From assembly GCA_035629865.1 (NCBI GenBank), contig DASPHC010000055.1, positions 134,940-198,939 of the forward strand: 64,000 bases of DNA, in the 5' to 3' direction. The notes beneath the pieces were generated by a model that did not search any database, was not told the origin of the DNA, and saw only the letters and a program-made list of their open reading frames with translations. Shown here piece after piece: positions 38,389 through 47,813 of this stretch (position 1 is the stretch's first letter; each line of letters begins with the position of its first letter). Made by a program: the position numbers and the translations under genes. Source of the DNA: Thermoanaerobaculia bacterium (GTDB taxonomy: Bacteria > Acidobacteriota > Thermoanaerobaculia > Gp7-AA8).

Positions 38389-39843
38389 CTAAAAGATTTG
38401 CTTGCGGTCCGTCGACGAAGGGATGTTGAGCTCGTCGCGATACTTCGCCACGGTCCGGCGGGCGATATTGATTCCCTCGTCGTTCAGGATCTTCATGATC
38501 TTGGAGTCGCTGAGGGGCTTGCGCGGGTCCTCGTTCTCGATGTAGCTCTGGATCTTCTTCTTCACCGTCAGGGAGGAGATGTCTTCGCCGGTGTCGGAGT
38601 CGATGCCGGAGTGGAAGAAATACTTCATCAGGAAGAGGCCGCGCGGCGTGTGCATGTACTTGTTGGACACGACACGGGAGACGGTGGACTCGTGCATCTG
38701 GATGTCGTCGGCGACGTCGCGGAGCACGAGGGGACGCAGGAAGTCGATGCCGCGCTCGAGGAACTCGCGCTGGTGCTTGACGATGGACTCGGCCACTTTG
38801 TAGATCGTGCGCTGGCGCTGGTCGAGGCTCTTGATGAGCCACACCGCGGAGCGGATCTTGTCTTTGATGTAGTTGACCGTCTCGCCGTCCTGCTTGGAGT
38901 CCATGGAGTTGAGCATCGAGCGGTAGCCGCTGTTGATGCGCAGCTTGGGCATGCCGTCCTCGTTGAGGACGATTACGTACTCGTCGCCGACCTTGTGCAC
39001 GTAGACATCGGGCTCGACGTAGATCGCTCGCTCATTGGAGTATTTCCTCCCAGGCTTGGGATCGAGGTGCTTGATGATCTCGACCATGCCCTCGAGCGTC
39101 TTCATGTCGATGCCGAGGGACTTGGCCAGCGGAACGAACTTTCGCTGCATGAACTCGTCCCAGTGGTCGCGGATGATCACCTCGACCAGAGGGGCGTCGA
39201 CTTCGAGGAACCGCATCTGCAGCAGCAGGCACTCCCGGAGATCGCGGGCCCCGACGCCGATCGGGTCGAGCGACTGCACGGCCTTGATCGCGGTCTCCAC
39301 TTCCTCGGCGCCGTAGCCGCCCGAGGCCACGATCTCCTCCTCGTTGGCCCGCAGATACCCGTCCTCGTCGATGTTGCCGATGATGAACTGGGCGATCTCC
39401 TTGGTCCGCGGTGAAGCATCGGACATGGAGAGCTGCCAGGTGAGGTGGTCGGAGAGGTTCGGCGGGCGGGTGAGCGTGTTCTCGATGGGGAACTCTTCGT
39501 GCTCCTCCCCCATCCCGCGCGGGTTGTAGCCGTACTCGATGTAGTCCTGGAAGTAGGCGTCGTAGTCGATCTCTTCGAACGAGTCCTTTTCTTTTTCCTG
39601 GGTCTCGACCTTCGGAGCCTCGGCCGCTGCTTCGTTCTCGCTCTTGGTTTCCTCAGCCTGCGTTTCTTCGGCTTTGACTTCTTCGGCGGTCTCGTCGAGA
39701 AGCGGGTTCTCGAGCAGTTCCTGGTTCAGGACTTCCTGAAGCTCGAGCTTCGAGAGCTGCAGCAGCTTGATCGCCTGCTGCAGCGACGGCGTCATGATCA
39801 GCTTCTGGCTGAGTTTGAGATGAAGCTTCTGTTCAAGTGCCAT
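38389..39843 (-). CDS. rpoN: RNA polymerase sigma-54
   Basis: LQQAIKLLQL, HESTVSR, ARRTVAKYR RpoN box. Confidence 0.97.
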   Translation of the reverse strand: MALEQKLHLKLSQKLIMTPSLQQAIKLLQLSKLELQEVLNQELLENPLLDETAEEVKAEETQAEETKSENEAAAEAPKVETQEKEKDSFEEIDYDAYFQDYIEYGYNPRGMGEEHEEFPIENTLTRPPNLSDHLTWQLSMSDASPRTKEIAQFIIGNIDEDGYLRANEEEIVASGGYGAEEVETAIKAVQSLDPIGVGARDLRECLLLQMRFLEVDAPLVEVIIRDHWDEFMQRKFVPLAKSLGIDMKTLEGMVEIIKHLDPKPGRKYSNERAIYVEPDVYVHKVGDEYVIVLNEDGMPKLRINSGYRSMLNSMDSKQDGETVNYIKDKIRSAVWLIKSLDQRQRTIYKVAESIVKHQREFLERGIDFLRPLVLRDVADDIQMHESTVSRVVSNKYMHTPRGLFLMKYFFHSGIDSDTGEDISSLTVKKKIQSYIENEDPRKPLSDSKIMKILNDEGINIARRTVAKYRDELNIPSSTDRKQIF

Positions 39844-39870
39844 GGATGCGACTGCAGGTACCTTCCTCGG

Positions 39871-40623
39871 TCAGTTTAGATTGAATGTCTCGCCCAGGTA
39901 AATTCGCCGGACCTCAGCGTCGGCCGATAGGCTCTCGGGCTCTCCCTGCCGGAAGATCTCACCTTCTTTGATGATGTAGGCCCGATCGGTGATCTTCAAT
40001 GTTTCCCGTACGTTGTGGTCCGTAATGAGGATCCCGATCCCCCGGACCCGCAGTTGCGAAACGATGCGTTGTATTTCGAAGACTGCGATTGGATCGATTC
40101 CTGCAAACGGTTCGTCTAGCAAGATGAATGCCGGGTTGATCGCCAGACTTCTCGCGATCTCCACCCTCCGTCTTTCCCCACCCGACAACGCATACGCCCT
40201 GCTCCGCGCGATGTGTGTGATCCCGAACTCTTCCAGCAACGCGCGCGTGCGCCGTTCGCGCTCGGCCCGCGGCAGACGCATGGTCTCGAAGACCGATAAA
40301 AGGTTCTCTTCCACGGTGAGTTTCCGGAACACCGACGCTTCCTGCGGGAGATAACTGATGCCCCGCTGCGCGCGCAGGTACATCGGCAGCTCGGTGATGT
40401 CGTCGTCGCCCAGAGCCACCGTTCCGCCGTCCGGCTTCACCAGCCCGACGATCATGTAGAACGTGGTCGTCTTCCCCGCGCCATTCGGCCCGAGCAACCC
40501 CACGATCTCCCCCTGCCGGATCTCCACGGAAACATCCCGTACCACCCTTCGCCCCTTGTAAACCTTCACCAGATGGGTCGCGGTGAGATGCAGCGGCTCC
40601 TGTTTGGCAACGCCATCAGCCAT
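39871..40623 (-). CDS. lptB: LPS export ABC ATPase
   Basis: [40 protein letters not shown]. Confidence 0.96.
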   Translation of the reverse strand: MADGVAKQEPLHLTATHLVKVYKGRRVVRDVSVEIRQGEIVGLLGPNGAGKTTTFYMIVGLVKPDGGTVALGDDDITELPMYLRAQRGISYLPQEASVFRKLTVEENLLSVFETMRLPRAERERRTRALLEEFGITHIARSRAYALSGGERRRVEIARSLAINPAFILLDEPFAGIDPIAVFEIQRIVSQLRVRGIGILITDHNVRETLKITDRAYIIKEGEIFRQGEPESLSADAEVRRIYLGETFNLN

Positions 40624-40647
40624 GCGCGGCGGAGAGTATCAGGTGAG

Positions 40648-40677
40648 GGCAGAAGGACGAAGGCAGAAGGCAGAAGT
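40648..40677. repeat. Single arm of family F 7-mer repeat
   Basis: ggcagaaggacgaaggcagaaggcagaag. Confidence 0.7.
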
Positions 40678-40695
40678 GGGAAAAGAGTTACAGCG

Positions 40696-40917
40696 TCACG
40701 CTCCCACGACGACGTATTCGGCGAACGCGCTCGACTGCGGAATCGGCAGACCATCTTCGCGCAGCCCTTCGACGTGCAATTGAATCGCTTCGTACATGTT
40801 GCGTTCCGTCTCTTCGCGCGTCGCGCCGGTGGCGACACAGCCCGGCAAATCGGGCGAGTACGCCGAGAAGTTCTGGCCTGCGTCTTCGATCACGATCAGA
40901 AACCGATGCACGTTCAT
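40696..40917 (-). CDS. hicB: HicB family antitoxin (short form)
   Basis: YSPDLPGCVATGATREE ... EGLREDGLPIP. Confidence 0.9.
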   Translation of the reverse strand: MNVHRFLIVIEDAGQNFSAYSPDLPGCVATGATREETERNMYEAIQLHVEGLREDGLPIPQSSAFAEYVVVGA

Positions 40918-41108
40918 TTCAAGCCTGCCTGTTTGAGGATGCTGTTGAATGTTCCGGGCGCGAGATCATCGCTCAGTTTACCGGCGATCGTCACACGGCC
41001 TGGCTTCGACGGATGCCGGAACTGACGGTGACTGCTGCCGCCCGAAGGCACTTGGTACCAGCCGTCATCCTCAACGATCCCAATGGCATCGCGGACCTTC
41101 GTCGGCAC
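40914..41108 (-). CDS. hicA: HicA family toxin
   Basis: SSHRQFRHPSKPGRVTI, SILKQAGL. Confidence 0.9.
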   Translation of the reverse strand: MPTKVRDAIGIVEDDGWYQVPSGGSSHRQFRHPSKPGRVTIAGKLSDDLAPGTFNSILKQAGLK

Positions 41109-41131
41109 GCGGTCATTCTAAACCGCGATTC

Positions 41132-43102
41132 CTACGGCCCCTCGTGTTTGTACGTCCCCTTGGTCTTGCCGTCCGGGCTGAGCACCTGTACGCGGTCTCG
41201 GGCGACGTCGAAGACGATCTGCTGGCCGGAGACGTCGCCGTTCGGGTCGCTGATTTTGGCCGGAGTGCCGAAGACGTAGATCATTTTTTTGTCGACGTGG
41301 TAGATGGCTTTGTCGCCGGCGCCTTTGCGGCCGGTGGAGGACTCGCTCATCGCCACCGCGGTCTCCGCTTCCATGCGCTGCACTTTGCGGTTCTCGTCGA
41401 GGAAGAGCGTCGCTTTCTCCGACTTGAGGTTGCGGGTCTCGTCGACGATGTTGACCTTGCCGAGGAACTCCACGCGGCGCTCGCCGCGGCGGGCGATGAG
41501 CTGGTCGCTCGTGGTCTGCATCGGGGCCTTGCGCGCCTCGGCGCCGCTGGTGTTGTAGAGCAGCGTGCGGACGTTGCCGCGGGCGGTGATGGAGTCGCCG
41601 TTCCCCTGCACCTGCATCTCGTGGGCGAGGATGGTGTTGCTGTCCTGCCACGCTTTCACGTTGCCGGTGAAGACGGCGATCTTCTGCTGCTGGCGCATGA
41701 TCAATTCGTCGGCGTTGACGAAGACCGGCTTGGCTGATGGGAAGAGGTTCGTGGCATCGGCGGTCGGTCCGCCTCCCTTTCCCTTCCCGACGAGCTGCGC
41801 GATCACCGAACCGCTGGCGCGGGCCACCTGTGCCCGCGGCGAAAACTCGATCTGTTTCGCCTTCAGGATCTGGCCGTCGGCAACGACCGTCGCCTGCCAG
41901 CCCGGATCGGTGGTCAGGATGATCTTGTCGCCGGCGATGTCGTAATTCGCGCGGAACGCCGAGGCGGTGTTCTTCGGGTCGGCGTAGCGAAAGGCGCCTT
42001 CGAGATGCGCCGAGCGCGCGCGGCGCGTGGTCTGGTCGTAGTAGACGGTCACGTGCTCGGCGTTGATCTGCCGCGTCTCCGGTCCCATTTCCTTCATCAC
42101 CACCTGCCAGTCGGCCTTGATCTCCTGGATCAGCCGGTTGGCGATGGCCACGCGGAAGTTGCGCGCGGTGATCTCGCGGCGCGGCGGTCCGTCGAGCACC
42201 GCCCTGGCGATGTTCTCCGCGGAGATGGCGTTGAAGGCGTTGATCTGGCCGTCGGGACCGAGCTCGGTGTTGAAGGAGTCGGAGGTGATGGTCTTGCGGC
42301 CGCCGAGGTCCTCGCCGGGAAGCTGGTTCGCCCCGACGACGATCACGCAGTTGCGCTGCCCTTCCATCCCGATGAGCTGGCGGCGGTCCTGGGTGAAGCG
42401 GCCGGTCATGAAGTCGGCGCGGAGGCTGTCGGCGCCGCGGTCCATCTGCACCTGGTCGCGGAACTCGACGATGTTCTCGCGGCGGCGAAAAATGCTCTCC
42501 ACTCCGCGGAGGGTCATCGGCACTTCGGCCGGCTGCGAGGGGACCATGGTGGCGTCGACCTGCTTGTGGAGGCGCAGGGTCTCTCCCTCGACGTCGAGGT
42601 CGAGCGCGCCGGCTTTGCCGTTCCAGCGGTCGACCTTGAACTCGACCGGGATGTCGTTGGTCAGCCGGGCGCCGTCGTAGCGGATCTCGGCGGTCTTGAT
42701 CTCGATGTTGTCGCTGGAGGTGACGCGCACGCCCCCCTTGGCCTCGGCTTCTTTGGTCTTGCTGTTGAACTGGGCTTCGGGGCAGGAGATGACGTACGTG
42801 AGGCCGTTGGCGCGGTAGAGGGTGAGGGTGACCCCTTCGAGCGTGGTCCAGCCCGACTGAAACGAGACGATCCGGGTGGCCACGATCTCCGAAACGACGC
42901 GTCCGCCGATCGTCTGCACGTCGCGAAAGGCCTTTCCTTCAACCAGCGGGGCATCCTGGGGACGCTGGGTGGAGGTGACGGCCTCGGCGGGCTTGCGCGC
43001 GCCCCGGCCGCGGGAGGCGGTCCAGTTGGCGATGATGACGCCGAGAAATGCGAGGAAGACGATCGGCAGCGCGATGCGGAGTGCCTTGACGGTGCGCTGC
43101 AT
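41132..43102 (-). CDS. Fused LptC/LptA-like multi-jellyroll LPS bridge protein
   Basis: N-terminal TM anchor, repeated OstA-like strands (AVFTGNVKAWQ, VEFLGKV), upstream of lptB. Confidence 0.8.
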   Translation of the reverse strand: MQRTVKALRIALPIVFLAFLGVIIANWTASRGRGARKPAEAVTSTQRPQDAPLVEGKAFRDVQTIGGRVVSEIVATRIVSFQSGWTTLEGVTLTLYRANGLTYVISCPEAQFNSKTKEAEAKGGVRVTSSDNIEIKTAEIRYDGARLTNDIPVEFKVDRWNGKAGALDLDVEGETLRLHKQVDATMVPSQPAEVPMTLRGVESIFRRRENIVEFRDQVQMDRGADSLRADFMTGRFTQDRRQLIGMEGQRNCVIVVGANQLPGEDLGGRKTITSDSFNTELGPDGQINAFNAISAENIARAVLDGPPRREITARNFRVAIANRLIQEIKADWQVVMKEMGPETRQINAEHVTVYYDQTTRRARSAHLEGAFRYADPKNTASAFRANYDIAGDKIILTTDPGWQATVVADGQILKAKQIEFSPRAQVARASGSVIAQLVGKGKGGGPTADATNLFPSAKPVFVNADELIMRQQQKIAVFTGNVKAWQDSNTILAHEMQVQGNGDSITARGNVRTLLYNTSGAEARKAPMQTTSDQLIARRGERRVEFLGKVNIVDETRNLKSEKATLFLDENRKVQRMEAETAVAMSESSTGRKGAGDKAIYHVDKKMIYVFGTPAKISDPNGDVSGQQIVFDVARDRVQVLSPDGKTKGTYKHEGP

Positions 43103-43161
43103 GTTGTTGCGACGTAACAGCTTCGCCTCGCATTTCGTTCCGCGGGCGGTACACTGGCGTC

Positions 43162-43581
43162 ATGCGGCTCGCCCTCTTCGCAGTTGCGCTCCTCCTTTTC
43201 GCCACCCCCGTCCTGCCGGATGATGAGAACAAGCACGTCAAGGAGCTGATGGCGGCCATCAAGGGGAAAGAGAACCGCCCCGCCGGCGAGGTCTTCAAGA
43301 ACGTCCAGATGATGAAGGACGTCCCCGCTGGCCGCTTCCTCAAGATCATGGACACCGGCTTCAACAAGGCCCTCGGCACCACCTGCGATCACTGCCACGC
43401 CGAGGACCGCTGGGAAGCCGACGAAAAGCGCCCCAAACGCGCCGCACGGGAGATGATGGTCCTGGTCAACCAGATCAACGACAGCCTCCAGAAGCTCCAG
43501 GACATCGACACCTCGGATGCGACGGTGAACTGCACCACGTGCCACCGGGGGTATGTGAAACCGGCCACGCAGATGCGGTAG
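43162..43581 (+). CDS. Small dihaem c-type cytochrome (reaction-centre cytochrome c-like family)
   Basis: Signal peptide; VFKNVQ; CDHCH and CTTCH. Confidence 0.85.
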   Translation: MRLALFAVALLLFATPVLPDDENKHVKELMAAIKGKENRPAGEVFKNVQMMKDVPAGRFLKIMDTGFNKALGTTCDHCHAEDRWEADEKRPKRAAREMMVLVNQINDSLQKLQDIDTSDATVNCTTCHRGYVKPATQMR

Positions 43582-43595
43582 GTGGGTGGGGTGAA

Positions 43596-43619
43596 CCCAT
43601 AGGTCCTATTCGGTCCTAT
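43596..43619. repeat. Single arm of family A 9-mer repeat
   Basis: cccataggtcctattcggtcctat. Confidence 0.65.
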
Positions 43620-45286
43620 CAGCCCGGCGCCACATCCACCACATTCAACCTGGCGCCGCACCACTTGTCCGGCTCTACGTGCACCAGCAGATCCACGGTG
43701 CCCACGAGCAACACCCCCAACTGCTTCACGCTCGGCCAGAGCACGCCGGTAGCGTTGCCGGTTGCATCCTGCAACGACAGCTCGCAGCAATCCTCGGCGA
43801 AATTGCGGGTTCCGGTGACGGTCACCCCACGAATCACAAAAAGCGGCTGGGCGTTCCCGGCCCCGAAGGGCTGCAGCATTTCGTGGACGGCGAGGAACTC
43901 CGCGTCCACATCCGCGAACGTCAGCGTGGCATCGACGTGCGCTTCGCGGCGGTAGAGCGTCTCGTCGAGGCGCGCGAAACTCTCGAGCAGGCGGCGGCGG
44001 AGCTCCGGGAGGTTGCGCGTTTCGAGGGAAAAGCCGCAGGCGAATTCGTGGCCGCCGAAGTGGGTGAAGAGGTCCGCCACCTCTTCGAGCCGGCCGTGCA
44101 GGTCGATGGTCGGGATGCTGCGGGCGGAGCCGACGCAGAGGTCGCCCTCGATGGTCATCACCAGCGCCGGCCGGTAATAACGCTGGGCGATGCGGCCGGC
44201 GGTCAGGCCGAGAACCCCGCGATGCCATCCCTCCCCTGCCAGGATCAGCACCGGCTCGTCACCTTTTACCTGCTCCTCCGCCGACGCGCGGACCTCTTTC
44301 TCGATCTGCTGCCGCTCGGCGTTCATCCGGTCGAGCTCCGCGCAGATCTCCCACGCCGCCTCTTCGGTCGCCGCGCCGAACAGGTCGATGGCCGTATTCG
44401 CCGACGCCAGCCGTCCCGCGGCATTGATGCGCGGGCCGATCTTGAAGCCGACATCTACAGCTCGTAGAGGACGCCCTGCGAGGCCGAGCCGCTTCAAAAG
44501 CGCCCGCAGGCCGGGATTCTTCACGTCCGCGAGACCGGCTAACCCGAGGGAGGTGATGGTCCGGTTCTCGCCGATCAGCGGAGCGACGTCGGCCACGGTC
44601 CCGATCGCGGCGATCTTCAGAAGCGAGGCGATCGAAATCTTCCCGGCGCTCTCTGAGGGACGCCTGCGGATCAACTCGCAACAGAGCTTGAACGCGACTC
44701 CAACCCCCGCCAGCTCCTTGAACGGATACTCACACCCCGGCTGCTTCGGGTTCAGCACCGCCGCGGCCTCGGGGAGATGTCCGGGCGGCAGGTGATGGTC
44801 GGTGATGATGACGTCGATCCCCCGCTCGATGGCCCGGCGCACCGGCTCGACGCTGGTGATGCCGCAGTCGACGGTGATGACCAATTTCACATTGCGCTCG
44901 GCCAGCACCCGGTCGAGCACCTCCATCTTCAGCCCGTAGCCGTCGACCAGCCGGTGCGGCACGACAAACCCCGCATCCGCGCCGAGGGAGCGCAGGACTG
45001 ACTGCAGGAGAACGATCGACGTGACGCCGTCGACGTCGTAATCACCGTAGATGACGATCGCCTCCCCATCGCGCACGGCCCGCGCGATCCGCTCGCAGGC
45101 GTGATCCATCCCATGAATGCCCGAAGGATCGTGCAGGTCGCCGATGGCGGGAGCGACGAACCGCCGGAACGACTCCTCATCCGATACGCCGCGCCGGATC
45201 AAAAGTGAGCGCAGCGTCGCGTTCGCAACCGGGATGCGGGGATTGTCGGGAGGAGACTCGGAAAGGGTCCAGAAGTCGTGGATCAC
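43619..45286 (-). CDS. recJ: ssDNA exonuclease RecJ
   Basis: GDYDVDG, TVDCG, TDHH, RINAAGR, GGH. Confidence 0.95.
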   Translation of the reverse strand: MIHDFWTLSESPPDNPRIPVANATLRSLLIRRGVSDEESFRRFVAPAIGDLHDPSGIHGMDHACERIARAVRDGEAIVIYGDYDVDGVTSIVLLQSVLRSLGADAGFVVPHRLVDGYGLKMEVLDRVLAERNVKLVITVDCGITSVEPVRRAIERGIDVIITDHHLPPGHLPEAAAVLNPKQPGCEYPFKELAGVGVAFKLCCELIRRRPSESAGKISIASLLKIAAIGTVADVAPLIGENRTITSLGLAGLADVKNPGLRALLKRLGLAGRPLRAVDVGFKIGPRINAAGRLASANTAIDLFGAATEEAAWEICAELDRMNAERQQIEKEVRASAEEQVKGDEPVLILAGEGWHRGVLGLTAGRIAQRYYRPALVMTIEGDLCVGSARSIPTIDLHGRLEEVADLFTHFGGHEFACGFSLETRNLPELRRRLLESFARLDETLYRREAHVDATLTFADVDAEFLAVHEMLQPFGAGNAQPLFVIRGVTVTGTRNFAEDCCELSLQDATGNATGVLWPSVKQLGVLLVGTVDLLVHVEPDKWCGARLNVVDVAPG

Positions 45287-45309
45287 GTGAGGACTACGTT
45301 AACGCACGT

Positions 45310-46260
45310 TCACTTCTCGAACACGCCCATCTTCCGAAACTTCTTGTACCGCTCGTCCAGGAGCGCCGGCACTTTCAGCTTTTGCAGCTCGCGGATGATA
45401 CGTTCGAGCACCGGGCCGATCAGCTCGGCGGCGGCGGCGGGGTCGGCGTGGGCTCCGCCGACCGGTTCGGGGATGATCTCGTCGATGATGTTGAGCTTTT
45501 TGAGATCCTGGGCGGTGATCTTCATCGCCGCGGCTGCGTCGGGAGCGGCCGAGGAGTTTTTCCAGAGGATGGCGGCGCAGCCTTCGGGGGAAATGACCGA
45601 GTAGACGGCATGCTCGAGCATCAGCACGCGGTCGCCGACGCCGAGGGCCAGGGCGCCGCCGCTGCCACCTTCGCCGATGACGGTGATGATAATCGGAACG
45701 GTGAGCGCGGCCATCTCGCGGAGGTTCACCGCGATCGCTTCCGCCTGCCCACGCTCCTCGGCGCCGACGCCGGGATAGGCGCCCTGGGTGTCGATGAACG
45801 AGAGGACCGGCAGGTGGAACTTCTCGGCGAGCTTCATCACCCGCAGCGCCTTCCGGAACCCTTCCGGACGCGGCTGGCCGAAGTTGCGGAGGACCTTTTC
45901 CTTGGTGTTCCGCCCTTTCTGGTGGCCGACCACACAGCACGGGATGCCGCGGAAGCGGCCGAACCCGGACACGACGGCCGGATCGTCGCCGAACTTGCGG
46001 TCGCCGGCGATCTCCTGCCACTCCTCGATCATCATGCTGATGAAATCGAGCGTGTAGGGGCGCTGGGGATGGCGGGCGACCAGCGTCTTCTGCCAGGGGG
46101 TGAGGTTCGAATAGATTTCGTTCGAGACTTTGGTAAGCTTCTGGCGGAGCTCGGCGATCTCGGTTTCCGTAGCTGTTCCCGCTTCGGCCGCGGTGAGCTC
46201 TTCGATTCGACGCCGGATCCGCAGGATTGGCTCTTCGAATTGCGTCGGGTCTGCGCTCAT
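45310..46260 (-). CDS. accA: Acetyl-CoA carboxylase carboxyltransferase alpha
   Basis: ARHPQRP, GAYPGVGAEERG, GEGGSGGA. Confidence 0.97.
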   Translation of the reverse strand: MSADPTQFEEPILRIRRRIEELTAAEAGTATETEIAELRQKLTKVSNEIYSNLTPWQKTLVARHPQRPYTLDFISMMIEEWQEIAGDRKFGDDPAVVSGFGRFRGIPCCVVGHQKGRNTKEKVLRNFGQPRPEGFRKALRVMKLAEKFHLPVLSFIDTQGAYPGVGAEERGQAEAIAVNLREMAALTVPIIITVIGEGGSGGALALGVGDRVLMLEHAVYSVISPEGCAAILWKNSSAAPDAAAAMKITAQDLKKLNIIDEIIPEPVGGAHADPAAAAELIGPVLERIIRELQKLKVPALLDERYKKFRKMGVFEK

Positions 46261-46289
46261 GTGGGCGTGACCCTAACAAAGAAAGCGAC

Positions 46290-46877
46290 ATGCTGGCAAC
46301 TGAAGAACATCCATCCTCGGCCGACGAGCCCCAGTCGAGACCCGACTCGCGCCCGAGCCTGCTCGAAACGCACGCGCACAACGAGCGCATGCGCCATATC
46401 CCATCCACCGCCTCGATCGTCCAGAAACTGGACGCCGACCTGCGCCGCAGGATCGAGCGGCTCTGGCTCCCCTACAACGACCTCCCGGCCAGCGATCCGC
46501 GCCATCCGGCGATGGAAGTGGAGTTTCGCGCACTCTGCCGCTCGCTCGACCGAATCGGCGACTGCGCCCGCAACCATCACCACCACCGTGGCCACAACCA
46601 CCCGCCGAACGACCTCGGCCACCGGCTCACCTGGACGCTCAACCAGACCATCGCCGCCCTGAACGCCGCCGAGGCGGAGACATTCGGCAGGCGCTTTCCC
46701 TTCCAGACCTTCGAACGCTCCAACGCCGAGCCGCTCTGGGCCGCGGTCCTCGCGTCGATCCAGCACGTGCAGAAGCTGCAGGAGCTGGTTCGCGAGATCG
46801 AGCCGGAGATCGACGAGCGGATGTACGAAGGGCTGGTGGTGTTGCAGGAACCGTTAAGGCGAGAGCCGATGGCCTGA
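46290..46877 (+). CDS. Hypothetical helical protein with His-rich loop
   Basis: Host-like codon use; RNHHHHRGHNH; start uncertain. Confidence 0.65.
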   Translation: MLATEEHPSSADEPQSRPDSRPSLLETHAHNERMRHIPSTASIVQKLDADLRRRIERLWLPYNDLPASDPRHPAMEVEFRALCRSLDRIGDCARNHHHHRGHNHPPNDLGHRLTWTLNQTIAALNAAEAETFGRRFPFQTFERSNAEPLWAAVLASIQHVQKLQELVREIEPEIDERMYEGLVVLQEPLRREPMA

Positions 46878-46911
46878 AGGTCCGCTGGTCTACGGATAGC
46901 CGGTTTTCGCC

Positions 46912-47025
46912 GGAGCGCCGGTTTTCAAAACCGGCCGGTCCGCCGACCTCGGGTCGGCGGGCTCTTGCGCTGCGTGAACGCGGGCCGGTCGGAGACCGGC
47001 GCTCCATTACGAAGACCGGCGCTCC
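46912..47025. repeat. REP-like element, GGAGCGCCG family
   Basis: ggagcgccgg ... ccggcgctcc ends shared with 52885-53129. Confidence 0.7.
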
Positions 47026-47032
47026 AACTCGC

Positions 47033-47728
47033 TTACTGGATCGCGGTCACCGGGTGCAGTTCCCAGCCGTTGGTCGTCTTCAGGTTCGCGCCGCCGTAGC
47101 ACGTCGTCGTTCCGCTGTTTCCGCCCGGATGCTGGGTATCCCAGAACGGTCCGCCCGTGACGGTGACGGCGATCGGGACCGGGAGACAGGTGTACGTGCT
47201 CCGCGGCAGCTGCAGAGGGTTTCCAACGAGTTGCAGAAATGCGTTGCGCACGGCCGTGAACGGCGCATTGCCCGGCCCCGGCAGTCCCGACACTTCCACG
47301 TTGATGAGGTTCGTCACACCCGCCATGAAGACAGGCGTGTCGCCGAGGATGACGTGGAAGTCGTTGTCGTTGGGGAGGTTGTAGGCGTACATGTAGGCGC
47401 CGAAGGATGCGCGGTTGTTTTCCACCCCGGTTCGCGGCGCCACGTTGTTCAGGCCAGGCGGAATCGGCAGCGTGGTGACGGCGGTGATGGAGGTGTACGA
47501 GACCGGGACCGCCGTCGTCACCATCGTGGTTTTGGCGCTGGCTCGCACCTTCCCGTCGAACACCAGGTTCGGCAGGTTGTCGACGATCAGCACCATCTGG
47601 CCCGCAACCGCCTCTTCCCCCTCCTCCCGCAACTCGACCTGGGGAAGGGGCTGGACGGTCCTGCACGCGGAGAAGAAGAACGTGACCACCAGGGCCGGGA
47701 TCAACAAAAATTGTTTGAGCTTCATCAA
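47033..47728 (-). CDS. Hypothetical lipoprotein
   Basis: GGAGG RBS; lipobox FSAC; DNDFHVILG and WELHPV motifs. Confidence 0.7.
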   Translation of the reverse strand: MMKLKQFLLIPALVVTFFFSACRTVQPLPQVELREEGEEAVAGQMVLIVDNLPNLVFDGKVRASAKTTMVTTAVPVSYTSITAVTTLPIPPGLNNVAPRTGVENNRASFGAYMYAYNLPNDNDFHVILGDTPVFMAGVTNLINVEVSGLPGPGNAPFTAVRNAFLQLVGNPLQLPRSTYTCLPVPIAVTVTGGPFWDTQHPGGNSGTTTCYGGANLKTTNGWELHPVTAIQ

Positions 47729-47813
47729 AGCCTCCGGAGAGGAGGGTCACGGCGATGGAAGATCCCTACCCAGGAGCCGGCGCAGCCGACCGAGCGCCGA
47801 CTCTATAGGACTG

